DNA of 64,000 nt, taken from NCBI GenBank assembly GCA_032718475.1, contig JAUCBJ010008074.1, positions 1 to 64,000 on the forward strand. The letters are read 5' to 3'. This document shows, piece by piece, positions 34,658 through 46,842 of this stretch. The position numbers and the translations under genes are program-made. The notes beneath the pieces were generated by a model. That model did not search any database. It was not told the origin of the DNA and saw only the letters and a program-made list of their open reading frames with translations. This stretch comes from Nemertoderma westbladi. Taxonomy: Eukaryota; Animalia; Xenacoelomorpha. How positions within the stretch are numbered: the first letter of the stretch is position 1; the number at the start of each line of letters is the position of its first letter.

Positions 34658-34914
34658 GTAAATACCGAACAAATATTTACTCTCTGGCTCTGCTCTTTAT
34701 CATTTCTAACTGAGTTAAATCACCGTATTTCACGCACGGGAGTCGGGAGTATTTGCAAGAAAATCATTTCCAGCGTATTACTTATAATATAACCCCATTA
34801 TATGGCATGTCTGACGCATTTGCCTGTTCCACAACCGGTTAATAGTAACACAGGTTCCTACTAATAACTCAGAATACATGGACTAGGATTCTAGTATTTA
34901 TACTACTACGACTT

Positions 34915-36311
34915 CGATACTAGGTCTAGGACTAGAATACTAGAACTATGATACTAGTACTAGGATACTAGGACTAGGATACTAGGACTAGGATACTAGG
35001 ACTAGGATACTAGGACTAGAATACTAGAACTAGAATACAGAACTAGGATACTAGGACTAGGATACTAGGACTAGGATACTAGGACTAGAATACTAGAACT
35101 AGGATACTAGAACTAACTAGGACTAGAATACTAGAACTAGGATACTAGAACTAACTAGGACTAGGATACTAGGACTAGAATACTAGAAAGGATACTAGGA
35201 CTAGAATACTAGAAAGGATACTAGGACTAGAATACTAGAACTAGGCTACTAGGACTAGGATACTAGGACTAGAATACTAGAACTAGGATACTAGAACTAA
35301 CTAGGACTAGAATACTAGAACTAGGATACTAGAACTAACTAGGACTAGAATACTAGAACTAGGATACTAGAACTAACCAGGACTAGGATACTAGGACTAG
35401 AATACTAGAAAGGATACTAGGACTAGAATTATAGAACTAGGACTAGGATACTAGGACTAGGATACTAGGACTAGAATACTAGAACTAGGATACTAGAACT
35501 AACTAGGACTAGAATACTAGAACTAGGATACTAGAACTAACTAGGACTAGAATACTAGAACTAGGATACTAGAAAGGATACTAGGACTAGGATACTAGGA
35601 CTAGGATACTAGGACTAGAATACTAGAACTAGGATACTAGAACTAACTAGGACTAGAATACTAGAACTAGGATACTAGAACTAACTAGGACTAGAATACT
35701 AGAACTAGGATACTAGAACTAACTAGGACTAGAATACTAGAACTAGGATACTAGAACTAACTAGGACTAGAATACTAGAACTAGGATACTAGAACTAACT
35801 AGGACTAGGATACTAGGACTAGAATACTAGAAAGGATACTAGGACTAGAATACTAGAACTAGAATACTAGAACTAACTAGGACTAGAATACTAGAACTAG
35901 GATACTAGAACTAACTAGTTCTAGGATACTAGGACTAGAATACTAGAAAGGATACTAGGACTAGAATACTAGAACTAGAATACTAGGACTAGGATACTAG
36001 GACTAGAATACTAGAACTAGGATACTAGAACTAACTAGGACTAGGATACTAGGACTAGAATACTAGGACTAGGATACTAGGACTAGGATACTAGGACTAG
36101 GATACTAGGACTAGAACTAGGATACTAGAACTAACTGGGACTAGGATATTAGAACTAACTGGGACTAGGATACTAGGACTAGGAGACTAGGACTAGAATT
36201 CTAGAACTAGGATACTAGGACTAGGATACTAGAACTAGGATACTAGAACTAACTAGGACTAGGATACTAGAACTATGATACTAGAACTAGAATACTAGGA
36301 CTAGGATACTA
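34915..36311. repeat. CTAG-based short-period tandem repeat (CTAGGATA/CTAGGA/CTAGAATA/CTAGAA) in intron 4
   Basis: Directly visible. About 1.4 kb of 6-8-bp CTAG-containing units. Confidence 0.95.
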
Positions 36312-36477
36312 TGTTGGTTACCTTCATTTATATTACGGTAAATATTTAAATTTATTTGAAGTATGAAGTGCGAATAACCCTTTAAGTTGGACAGTAATAA
36401 ATGATCTGAAATTATTTGATTATTATTTGTTCCTACGTTTTTTCTTTAATTTATTTTAATATGGTATCCAATTCTAG

Positions 36478-38892
36478 GTCTGCAGACAAGCTGGTTACTA
36501 CAAGCACGCGCTGTATCTGGCGGAGAAAAATCGCAAACACCATTGGTATCTAAAGATTCAACTGGAAGACCTGGGGGAGCACAGTAAAGCCTTGGAGTAC
36601 ATCGGCACATTGGGGTTCTACGAAGCCGAGGATAACCTAAAGAAATACGGCAAGTTGTTAATGGGGAGTCGTCCCATGGAGACCACGAGGTTCCTCATGG
36701 CATTGTGCACCGCCTACCGGCCCTCCGGGGTATCCATGCTCGATATCGGGGGTGTCGACCAATCAGAATCCTCGGACTTACTCGACAAATCGCGACAGAA
36801 GTTAGAGGCCGCAGACCCCGCCCATTTCATTCACATATTTATAAACAATCAGACTAGGTTGATCGAGTTTCTAGAACATATGATAGCCAATCAGACGTGT
36901 TCTAAAGTCGTCTACAACACCCTCGTCGAGCTCTACCTCCAGGAGATTGGTAGAAGTGAGTCCAAAGAAATTCTTGATAAACTTATGGATGTACTTAGGA
37001 ATCACGGAGATAAATACGACGTGGATCATTGCCTGATTCTTTGTCAACTTAACGATTGTCGCACCGCTATACTGTTTCTCTATGAGAAAGCCGCCCTGTT
37101 TACCCAGATTCTCAACTATCATATCCAGCACTCTGATTTCGATAGCATCATAGATGTCTGCAAGAAGTACGGCACTAAAGAGCCGTCGCTGTGGTTACAG
37201 GCGCTCAATTACTTGGGTAGTAGAGAGGGCGGTTGTAAGTCCAAAATACAGGAAGTCCTCGGTCACATCGAGAAGCGGAACATCATCGCTCCGCTCGTTG
37301 TCGTACAGACGTTGGCTCGAACTACGGCGTCGTTGGCCTGCGTCAAGGAGTACCTGATTAAACAGCTGAGAGCCGACCAAGAGACAATCCGCGAGCAGGA
37401 GGGAACGATAGCGGCGAACCGGGCGGACACAGCCGTACTAACGGCTCGCAGCGGAGAGCTGGCCGGCCGAGCTACCGTATTCCAGGCCTCCAAGTGCGGC
37501 GTCTGCCAACACGTTCTAGAACTGCCCGCTGTGCACTTCCTCTGCCTTCACTCCTACCACAAGCATTGTTTCGAGGGTTACGCCGAACGCGAGTCCGAGT
37601 GCCCAGTCTGCGCGCCCGGGCACCGGGGCGTGGCGGAGGCGTTGGCCCAACTGGAGGACACCGCAGGGGTGGCCAATCAGTTCCTCAGCCGACTGAGGGT
37701 CTCCAAGGACGGCTTCGGCACCGTGGCTGAGTATTTCGGTAAGGGCTTGTTGGAGAAAGGTCTGTCTAGTAGTGGGGGTAGGGGGGTGCACACGGGTAGC
37801 AGTGGGGTGCACTCGGGTAGCAGTGGGGTGCACACGGGTAGCAGTGGGGTGCACTCGGGTAGCAGTGGGGTGCACTCAGGTAGCAGTGGGGTGCGTCCAA
37901 GGGGTACTGCTAGTGGTGTACCATCTGGTGGTTCTGGTACTAGCGTACCGGCGGGCGGTAGTCATGGCAGCGTCGCCCGGAGACCAACACCAACAACAGG
38001 TGACACCATCGCATCCGCCATTAGTAAACCCGTAACCAAGCAACCCGCCAATAAACACAGAGTCGCGGATGTTAAAACCAACATGGCCAAGATAGACGTA
38101 GACGCGCATTCTGTACAACGGACCGGGCCGGGAACGCTTTCCGGTCGTTTAGAGGACAACATTACCGATGGTCGGCCGGTTGGGGCTGCCAACGAGCCAA
38201 AGGGAACTCCCCCAGGGCAGTCCTCTACATACCAAGGGCCACCGCAAGGCGCCATGAGGTCTATTGGATCCAAATATGCACCCAGTTCTGAGCCAACCTC
38301 AAACAGGGCCAAACAAGGTTCCAGTAATGCTAACAAGGCCCCACTGGGCTCCAGTAATGCTAACAAGGCCCCACAGGGCTCCAGTAATGCTAACAAGGCA
38401 CCACAGGGCTCCAGTAATGCTAACAAGGCCCCACAGGGCCCCAGTAATGCTAACAAGGCCCCACAGGGCTCCAGTAATGCTAACAAGGCCCCACAGGGCT
38501 CCAGTAATGCTAACAAGGCACCACAGGGCTCCAGTAATGCTAACAAGGCCCCACAGGGCTCCAGTAATGCTAACAAGGCACCACAGGGCTCCAGTAATGC
38601 TAACAAGGCCCCACAGGGCTCCAGTAATGCTAACAAGGCCCCACAGGGCTCCGGTAACCCCTTCGATGGCCCACGAAGTTCTACTAACCCGTTCGATACC
38701 CCACAAGGTCCCGCCAACCCCACCACAGCGCCTATGCCTGGTCCGTACAGGCCACAGACAGGCTCTCATACCGCTAACACTATGGTCTCTGAGGGTTACA
38801 ATCCTTTCCTTTCTCCAGATGAAGACAAAAACAATCCATTTCTGGAGAAAGACGACAATACTGATTCTACAAACCCATTTAATAATGATTAA
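36478..38892 (+). CDS. VPS11: VPS11 exon 5 (helical repeat, RING-H2, C-terminal domain, then a long repeat/NPF tail)
   Basis: Acceptor TTCTAG|GTC. Encodes VCRQAGYY.HALYLAE, the RING CGVC..LELPAVHFLCLHSYHKHC..ECPVC, and DGFGTVAEYFGKG. The spliced CDS is 3837 nt (1278 aa) with consistent phases. Confidence 0.93.
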   Translation, partial: VCRQAGYYKHALYLAEKNRKHHWYLKIQLEDLGEHSKALEYIGTLGFYEAEDNLKKYGKLLMGSRPMETTRFLMALCTAYRPSGVSMLDIGGVDQSESSDLLDKSRQKLEAADPAHFIHIFINNQTRLIEFLEHMIANQTCSKVVYNTLVELYLQEIGRSESKEILDKLMDVLRNHGDKYDVDHCLILCQLNDCRTAILFLYEKAALFTQILNYHIQHSDFDSIIDVCKKYGTKEPSLWLQALNYLGSREGGCKSKIQEVLGHIEKRNIIAPLVVVQTLARTTASLACVKEYLIKQLRADQETIREQEGTIAANRADTAVLTARSGELAGRATVFQASKCGVCQHVLELPAVHFLCLHSYHKHCFEGYAERESECPVCAPGHRGVAEALAQLEDTAGVANQFLSRLRVSKDGFGTVAEYFGKGLLEKGLSSSGGRGVHTGSSGVHSGSSGVHTGSSGVHSGSSGVHSGSSGVRPRGTASGVPSGGSGTSVPAGGSHGSVARRPTPTTGDTIASAISKPVTKQPANKHRVADVKTNMAKIDVDAHSVQRTGPGTLSGRLEDNITDGRPVGAANEPKGTPPGQSSTYQGPPQGAMRSIGSKYAPSSEPTSNRAKQGSSNANKAPLGSSNANKAPQGSSNANKAPQGSSNANKAPQGPSNANKAPQGSSNANKAPQGSSNANKAPQGSSNANKAPQGSSNANKAPQGSSNANKAPQGSSNANKAPQGSGNPFDGPRSSTNPFDTPQGPANPTTAPMPGPYRPQTGSHTANTMVSEGYNPFLSPDEDKNNPFLEKDDNTDSTNPFNND

Positions 38893-38921
38893 TATTATGT
38901 TTTGCAGTTATTAATATAATA

Positions 38922-39388
38922 GGGGGCGTTCATAAAGTATGTCACGCACTACGGGGGGGGGGGGGGGGGGGGTCAAGCTTGCGTGACATTTTGTGATAGG
39001 GTGGGGGGGGGGGGGGGGGTGTTGACTTTTGTGACGGTCACGGCGATGTTCTATGGTATGCTTTAATGTTAACTTGACATGGCTAACACTTGTAGATGAG
39101 TGGGAAACTTTAAGGAAAAAACAATAAACTCAATAACATTGAATTTAATCCCTAACATTAACCGGACACCCCTGTCTAGTCTGCCTTGTACATGTACAGT
39201 ACAGTAGTTTGAAGCTGCTAAAGTATATATAGGCTTTTAGTAAGAACTACTTCAGTCAAAATGTTTCACTTTCTATTGTGCTTTCTAACTGTTATTCGTC
39301 TAGGGGGGGGGGGGGGGGGGGGTTATAAATTTATGAAAAAAAACTGGAAAACTGGAAAATTTGCGTGACATACTTTATGAACGCCCCC
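38922..39388. mobile_element. MITE (PIF/Harbinger-like) 30 bp after the VPS11 stop codon
   Basis: Perfect 27-bp TIR GGGGGCGTTCATAAAGTATGTCACGCA, flanked by ATA on both sides. Confidence 0.85.
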
Positions 39389-40187
39389 ATATCATAATGC
39401 ATTACTAGTAGTAATGATGAATTTGTTTTACATAATTAATTTAATTGTACAAGGCGAATTATTTATTTATTGTGTCAAATTAAATATTAAATAGACTTAC
39501 TAGACTGCTAAATATTATTAAATTGTCTTCACAAACCATCACGTTTCCTCTTAACAACCGGATGCGAAAAATCAAGATCATACGTACATATTAATCTGTT
39601 CTAGCAAAGCAGTTGTGGCCGCTAATATTACCGACCCGGTCTGTAGGGTGGTTCTTATTTGTCGTAAACGCCCTGGACTGCTGCCTGCAATAACATTACC
39701 TAGTTAACCGTTATGTTAGGGGTTAAGGGCCGTTTACCTCACTGCCCAAACATAACAGGTAACTAATATGATTACACCACGATCTACGTTGTTCACATTT
39801 TTACAATTCCCACGAATATCATTTACTGTCAGTATTATTTAGCCTTTGTGGCATTTACAAACATCAAATGGGCAGATTGGATACTACCGTGACCTATAAC
39901 AGTTACATGGTAATGTATACACTTTTATCGTAAGTCAAGATACTACCCGTTCTAGAACTCAAGAACTGCAGAACCTGCCTGTTTTGTTTCTGTTGCTACT
40001 GTGTGTCGTTACAGGTACCGGTCGAAACAGGGTAAGCCTTTGTTGTTACAATGTTATTTGCTGTAATCGATTTTTTTACATTAAGCTACAAAAAATATTA
40101 AATTAAAACTCAAGAACAATTTCTCACGCCTCAACGCCATTCTTTGCTTTCAAGGATTAATTAAAAAACGTGCAAAATAAATATTGC

Positions 40188-40269
40188 CGCAGTGTGTAGG
40201 ATTCGAACCTACGCGGGAAGATCCCATTGGATTTCTAGTCCAACGCCTTAACCACTCGGCCAACACTGC
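40188..40269 (-). tRNA. tRNA-Ser(AGA)
   Basis: 82-nt cloverleaf: acceptor GCAGTGT/ACACTGC+G, anticodon loop CT-AGA-AA, long variable arm, GTAGG-TTCGAAT-CCTAC T arm, and downstream T runs on the minus strand. Confidence 0.95.
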
Positions 40270-40562
40270 TCGAGGTAAGAGATCAGTAAATATCCATGTC
40301 ATCGATCGTGGATAAACAAACAACCCATGCAGATGACTGATTGACTTCAGTGTGCCTATCTGAATGAATGTGACAGATTGGCGATTACTGTGCTTCGCTA
40401 ATTTTCTATAAGCTACCAAAGCAGTTTATTAATAATGATGCACTGGGTTGGAGGCCATTCCTGCCAGTACATCATTGAGTATGTGTTCCATAATTGTTCG
40501 GTTTACCATAGAAAACCAAACTGGCAGGGATACCACCGATATACGGTCACTTAAAAAAGATA

Positions 40563-41206
40563 ACAGGCTGAGATAACTACCCACCAAATATGACTCCCCA
40601 GTCTTCTCAGCCTAGGCTGAGAACACTCCCCTTAGGCTGAGATAACTCCCCTAGTTGCAAAAAATTGTTTTGTTGTTTCTGACTTTTCTGTATACATAGG
40701 ATCTAAGTTCGTTTAATCATATATACAAATATAGGCAGCTACTGTATAATACTTTTTTGGCAGTGATTTTTATGTCCGTTCATTTGACTTTTTTGTCCGC
40801 AATTTTTTATGAATTTACGGTCTTTTCTAACCAAAACAATAAAAAATAACATTACCAATTGAGGGAAAGGAGCAGGTTACAGAGGCGGGATTTTCTAACC
40901 AAAACAATAAATAGTTACAATAAAAAATAAGAAAAAAGAGCAGGTAACAGAGACGGGCTTTTCTAACTATTTAATAAAATTATTTAACATTGAGAAAGGC
41001 AGCATCAGGATTTAACTTAGAGCACACAAAAAAATGTAATAATTAATAATTATTTGTAGGAGTTTTCGCAATTAGGGGAGTCTTCTCAGACTCATCCTAA
41101 GGTGGAGTCATCTGAACCTAAAGGGAGTGTTCTCAGCCTAGGTTGAGACGACTAGGGAGTGTTATCAGCCTAGGTTGAGTCGACTGGGGAGTCATCTCAG
41201 CCTTGT
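40563..41206. mobile_element. Non-autonomous DNA element with inverted subterminal repeat arrays (AGGCTGAGATAACTCCC)
   Basis: Several AGGCTGAGA..ACTCCC units at the left are mirrored by GGGAGT..TCTCAGCCT units at the right. Superfamily not determined. Confidence 0.6.
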
Positions 41207-42493
41207 ACACCCCCTCCTCTGCGGTGGACACAGACACAACTACTAAGCAGTCTAGAACATGCAGCATCCAACATTTGATTGCTACAAATACAAAAATTGC
41301 AAAATTCTGGCTGTATATTTATATTACCCAGCAGGTCATTCATTACCTGTCAGTGCCGGTACAAACTTACGCCGCTCGCGTTTTAGAAACGCGATTTACG
41401 CAAACAGCTGCTTCGCAGTGGTAGAGGAAGACATCTTCCTTTAGTTTCTATGTATTGCGTTTAGATAAATTAACAGGAATAAAGAAATTAAAAAATATTA
41501 CTAAGTACTTAAAATAAAAAACTTAAAAGTACTAAAAATAGTTGGTGTTTCTAAAAAATTGTTCTAAAATGGCCATTGTAAATAATCGCCAGGTCGTCGC
41601 AAACTTTACTACAGTAAATAGAAACAACTATTTCGCTATTTCATAAAATAGTGCATTACTGGCCGTAACCTACGCAAATTCCACTGTAATGTAGGCCTAC
41701 TACTGTATCAGACTATACACAAAATCAGCCCTTCTACGAAATTTTCCTATTACTGTACCGGTACATGCTGCGATATCCAAACTCAAAAATGGAAAACCGA
41801 GTGGAGATTCTATAAAATCCCAACAAACGTAATCAAATAGCTAGCCGTATATATTTAGCCATATCGTCACCTTCAAGGCAGAACCCCCTAAGTCGATTTT
41901 TGTAGTTCTGAGATAATCGATAAAAACTGTTTATTTTTTAGAGAGATGCCTCAGTTTACTTGTTATTGTGTTTTTTGATAACTAAATATATATAGAATTC
42001 ATATAATTAAACTTTCAATTTGATTTAGAATTACCTTTGAAATATATTGCGGTTTTTTTGTAAAAATTACCAAAACTTGTTTTTCCTAAAAACTATTGTT
42101 TTGCCAAAACAAGGGGGAACACCATTTTCTGGTATTATCCCGTAACTATACGATAGTTGCGGGGTATTGCCTGAAAACAAGGCATCCTCAATTTGGCAAA
42201 ACACCATAAGTCCGAATTTTTACAAAAAAAAAACGCAAAATATATCAAATAATAGCCAAGGCGTATCGTACGTCCTTAATAATTTAGTGCGTAGCGCGCA
42301 CGTAATACATGTGCGCATTTGTTATTAGCTAATAAGTGCTATCTACCATGTTAACTAGCACATGATCAGGTGTTAGTATTACCTGTAAACGCAATAATAA
42401 CAAATAATCATAATATACAATATAGCTAACACACTTGCGCACATGTTGGAAATTTTTGAATTCAAAATTCTAAAGGGCTCCATAAGTTTTTGA

Positions 42494-43302
42494 TACTACT
42501 ACTAGGTCGAGCGAACTCGGACAGTGGAAATGAGATCCTTCCAGACTTCCCGATTCTCCATAGTTGTTGCAATTTCGTTTCTCCCAAGTTCAGTATCCCT
42601 TTCAAGTTGATCTATATATGTTATGGCAGGTCGTCCACGACTACGCTTTCCATGAGTTGGTTGCCATAGAAGTAGATCTGGTATGACCTCGTCTTTACTT
42701 CGCCAGCAGTGCCCACTGAATCTTAATCTGCGTTCACGGAAGGTGGTTGATACAGGTGGTATTGTACCATAAAGCTCGGCGTTTGTCATGTGTTGTCTCC
42801 AGCTGATGTTTAGGGCTGCCCTTAGTAGTCTTGTGTAGCAACCATCAATTCGTTGTTCAAGTGATTTAGTCAGTGTCCAGGTCTCACCCCCGTATAAAAA
42901 TACACTTTCCACTGTGGCTCGGAAGAAGTTAGTCTTCAGGTGCCTGGAGAGATCTGATTTCCAGATGGTATCCATTTTTGATAGAGCTACCCAAGCCTTT
43001 GCTTTCCTAACTTCTATGTCCTTTTTGCTACTCTCTATCCATGATCCAAGGTACTGGAAGTCATCGACCTTCCTTAGTTGATTATTATCAATGGTTGTCA
43101 AGTTTCCATCAACATTAAAGGTCATGAATTCGGTCTTGGTAGCATTTATAAGCAATCCAACCTCCTTAGCAGCCCTCTCCACTTTATTTAGTAGAAGCTG
43201 TGCATCTGCTAGCGTATTAGAGAGCAGGGCGATGTCATCCGCAAAGTCGGTGTCTGTGACTGTAGTTGCCGGATATCTACTACTTCTGCGTTCTTGAAGT
43301 GT
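42494..43302 (-). mobile_element. 5'-truncated RTE-clade LINE (RT C-terminal part)
   Basis: TDFADD, INATKTEFM, FQYLGS, LYGGETWTLT, RLRFSGHCWR, RGRP, and a (TAG)n tail at the stop. No TSD found. Confidence 0.88.
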
Positions 43303-44148
43303 ATGTATCTTCTTGTATGTTCTTGTATGTATCAATACAAATTGAACAAAATGTAACCAAATGCAGAACTATAAGAACAAAATTTAGATTCAAGAAAGCG
43401 GAACTCTAAGTACAAAATATAGCCATGGGTGGTACTCTACAGTAAGAACAAAGTCTAGCTACAGGGTTACAGCTACGTTAAAGTAAAGTTCACTTACAGT
43501 ACGTCATGACGAATAATTAAAGACCTGTTTTTTCTACAGTACGTGGCAACATTTTGAGCAACTCTATCAGCAACTTAGTAAGCATTAGTAGTAATGGTTT
43601 ACCCTACTTCTGCGACAGTTTGGTCCCACTTCACACCTTGGGTGTTAAGTAGGTCATTAATTAATTAATCAATTAATTAATTGGTCGATTAAACAATTAA
43701 TTAATTGTTTAATCAATCGATTTGTATCAAATAATGTTGCCAAAGGCAATTTAATTTGATACAAATCAATCAGATAGGGACGCGCGATGAATAAATTGTA
43801 CTACAGTAGGTACAGTAGATAAAATATACAATACAATAGGAACCGTAGTACAGTACAATACAATATACAATACATTTGTATTATTTTTGCCATACAATAG
43901 GTAAAGGTAGAATTAAATAAAAAGACACAATCGAAACCCAAAACATAAATTACCCTCACACAAAAATAAAGTGGCCCCAGTTTGACTAATCCCTTTGAAT
44001 CCATAGCTTCGTTATTACATCAATTCATCCAAGAAATTAGAATAATCATCTACTCTTGCAATAGTTTGTATTCTTTTGCGTTATACTTTATGAAGCAGTC
44101 CACGCGCATATTAACTCAAAGACAAACCCCTACCCAAACACCATGTGA

Positions 44149-44451
44149 TCAATAATCCCACACCTCTTCTCCCCACGCCATTGAACATTCTCCCTTCTTC
44201 TCTTCTTTCTCTTCTTTTTTCTCTTCTTTTTTCTGTTCTTTTAATATATGAAAAATTGAGTTCCTGGACCTATATTCGCAAAACCGCAAATGGTGATCCT
44301 TTTCAGCTTCTCTAAAGCTGTGTGCGGGTTGAAAAGGACACTGAACCATTTTTTGATTCGAAAAGTTCTTACGACATTTTCTTAAATGCGTAACATATTT
44401 TTCTGAATGAATTCTGTGTGTGGCATCATAAGGACATATGAAATATTCCAT
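44149..44451 (-). CDS. GTSF1/Asterix-like double CHHC zinc-finger protein, 100 aa (left-arm copy)
   Basis: CPYDxxHx9HxxxCRKN and CPFxxxHx9HxxxC fingers plus a C-terminal WGEEVWD. Translation is identical to the right-arm copy. Confidence 0.85.
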   Translation of the reverse strand: MEYFICPYDATHRIHSEKYVTHLRKCRKNFSNQKMVQCPFQPAHSFREAEKDHHLRFCEYRSRNSIFHILKEQKKEEKKEEKEEKKGECSMAWGEEVWDY

Positions 44452-45163
44452 AGTAACAAAAGACAAAAACAAAATTTATTGAGATATACTTTTTAAAAAA
44501 CTTTTAAAAACCTCACTTAATATTTTTAGAGATAATGATCTAACTTTACATGGTTTTATTTATATAGAAAGGTCCACCTTAACATTTCAAACAGAACCAT
44601 AGTTTTTGGTATGGCATGCGTGAAGGATTAAGCATCCCATGGAACCCCTTGTTGAGTTATACTCTACAATGAAATATAAAGACGCAATCGAGGCCCAAAA
44701 CATAAATTACCCTCACACAAAAATAAAGTGGCCCCAGTTTGGCCCCGAGTCATCCCTCAATAATCTGCGGTCGTTAGGCTCTTATTAACTGTAGCATGAC
44801 TAACCCAAACATCAATGCGTGAATGGGGCCTGCGTGAATGGGACCTGCCATAGAGTTTAAATTATTCAAACCTATAGCTTCGTTATTACATCAATTCATC
44901 CAAGAAATTAGAATAAACATCTGCTCTTGCAATAGTTTGCATTCTTTCATATTGTACTTTATGAAGCGGTTTACGCATGCATTAGCTCAACAACAAAGCC
45001 CTACCCAAAACACCACATGTCAAGTCCATGTGAGGGTTGAACCCATGACATGCGGGAGATGTGAATTCAAAGCAACCACTACACCAAGGTGGAACAGCAA
45101 CGTTTGAATTTGTTCGTTAACGTTCGAATTTGTAAGACTCTGATTTAAGACCTGAGGCACTCC

Positions 45164-45560
45164 CCACAACCACAGCCACATCCACAACCACAGCCACAGC
45201 CACAGCCACAACCACAGCCACAGCCACAGCCACAGCCACAGCCACAGCCACAGCCACAGCCACAGCCACACCACAGCCACAGCCACAGCCACAGCCACAG
45301 CCACAGCCACAGCCACAACCACAGCCACAGCCACAGCCACAGCCACAGCCACAGCCACAACCACAGCCACAGCCACAACCACAGCCACAGCCACAACCAC
45401 AGCCACAGCCACAGCCACAGCCACAACCACAGCCACAACCACAGCCACAACCACAGCCACAGCCACAGCCACAGCCACAGCCACAGCCACAACCACAACC
45501 ACAGCCACAACCACAGCCACAGCCACAACCACAGCCACAACCACAGCCACAACCACAGCC
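45164..45560. repeat. (CCACAG/CCACAA)n hexamer microsatellite, left arm
   Basis: Directly visible. Mirrored at 46978-47418. Confidence 0.97.
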
Positions 45561-45971
45561 TCACCTTCACCCACTTTATTGTTAAATACGCCTGAGAAAA
45601 ATTCAAGAAACATCTGGTTTACAATAGATTATTCTTTTTTCACAACTCCATTCTAGCCTCCCTCTATAAAAGCCCCCATTCACCGCAACTGGTCATGTAA
45701 ATGTTTACTGTTACTGTTTACTGTCTAAATGTTAAATGTAACTGTTTAACTGTTTTGATGTTCTTTGTTTAACCCCTATATTATTTATCCAAAGTTGAAA
45801 AAGAAAAATGAAATATAGTCGACTATTTTCATATTTTTAATATAGCAACATTGAAATATATATTTATAACATAACACATATACATATACATATAGCAGAG
45901 TAACATTTAAGATATAACACATTGTAACACATAAGTTATAACACATTGTAACATTTCATTCAATTGTCTAA

Positions 45972-46727
45972 TTATCTTCTGCACTGTCTCACATTAACTG
46001 TACGACTGTTACTGTTCATAATCCTAGGATATACAACAGTTGCTGGAGATATAACTTTTCCATTCCCTACTCTGATTTTCTGTCCATTTTCATTGTCATT
46101 CTCCTCTGATGCTTCCTCACTGTCATCGCTACTCTCCTCTGATTCTTCCTCACTGTCATCGCTACTCTCCTCCGATTCATCCCCATCACTCTCATTTCCA
46201 TCATTATCACTCTCCTTATGCGAATGTTTCTGCATTTCATTCAATTGTCTAATTATCTTCTGCAATTTATTTTTATTTCCTAATACATGTCTTAATATCT
46301 CCTCATTATCTGAGTCATTATCCTCACCACTTTCATGTTCCTCGACTTCTTTCTCGCTCTCATTTTCTTCACCACCACTCTCATTTTCTTCTTTCTCTAT
46401 CTCACTCTCCGTTTCATCATTCTCACTTTCCTCTGATTTATTCTCTTCCTCACTCTCATCGTCCTTTTCACTATGTGGCTGTTTCTGTATATTCTTCAAA
46501 ATATTCATGATTTTCTCGAATTTATGTTTCATCATTTGTTTAATCTCTAGAAAATCACTCTCAACTCTCTTTTTGTTTTCTTCTTCACTAAAAATATCAT
46601 CATTATTTTTTAATTTCTTTGGTAATGGTTCCATTACACCTTCCTTTCTATGTATACTCATATGACGGGATATACTGTCTCGTCTCATTTCTTTATTACA
46701 AACCAAACATCTTTCATAGCTAGGCAT
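45972..46727 (-). CDS. Small protein with an N-terminal C2H2 zinc finger and acidic repeats
   Basis: CLVCNKEMRRDSISRHMSIH. Upstream TATAAAAG (46874-46867) and Inr-like TCATTC about 28 nt downstream of it on the minus strand. Confidence 0.65.
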   Translation of the reverse strand: MPSYERCLVCNKEMRRDSISRHMSIHRKEGVMEPLPKKLKNNDDIFSEEENKKRVESDFLEIKQMMKHKFEKIMNILKNIQKQPHSEKDDESEEENKSEESENDETESEIEKEENESGGEENESEKEVEEHESGEDNDSDNEEILRHVLGNKNKLQKIIRQLNEMQKHSHKESDNDGNESDGDESEESSDDSEEESEESSDDSEEASEENDNENGQKIRVGNGKVISPATVVYPRIMNSNSRTVNVRQCRR

Positions 46728-46842
46728 TATATAGCAATGTCAATTGATATTATGAATTTTCGCTGAATGATTTTACAAAATTTTAAATAAATAAAACTTT
46801 TATGAAAATAAATAAAACTTTTAAAAATAAAAATTAGAGAAT

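Noticed and set aside
37962-38914. Antisense and alternative-frame ORFs over the VPS11 tail
   Set aside because: By-products of the 30-nt coding repeat. Only the VPS11 frame has meaningful motifs.
41210-42490. Possible further DNA-transposon remnant or gene
   Set aside because: AT-rich, with no ORF, TIR pair or TSD that I could establish.
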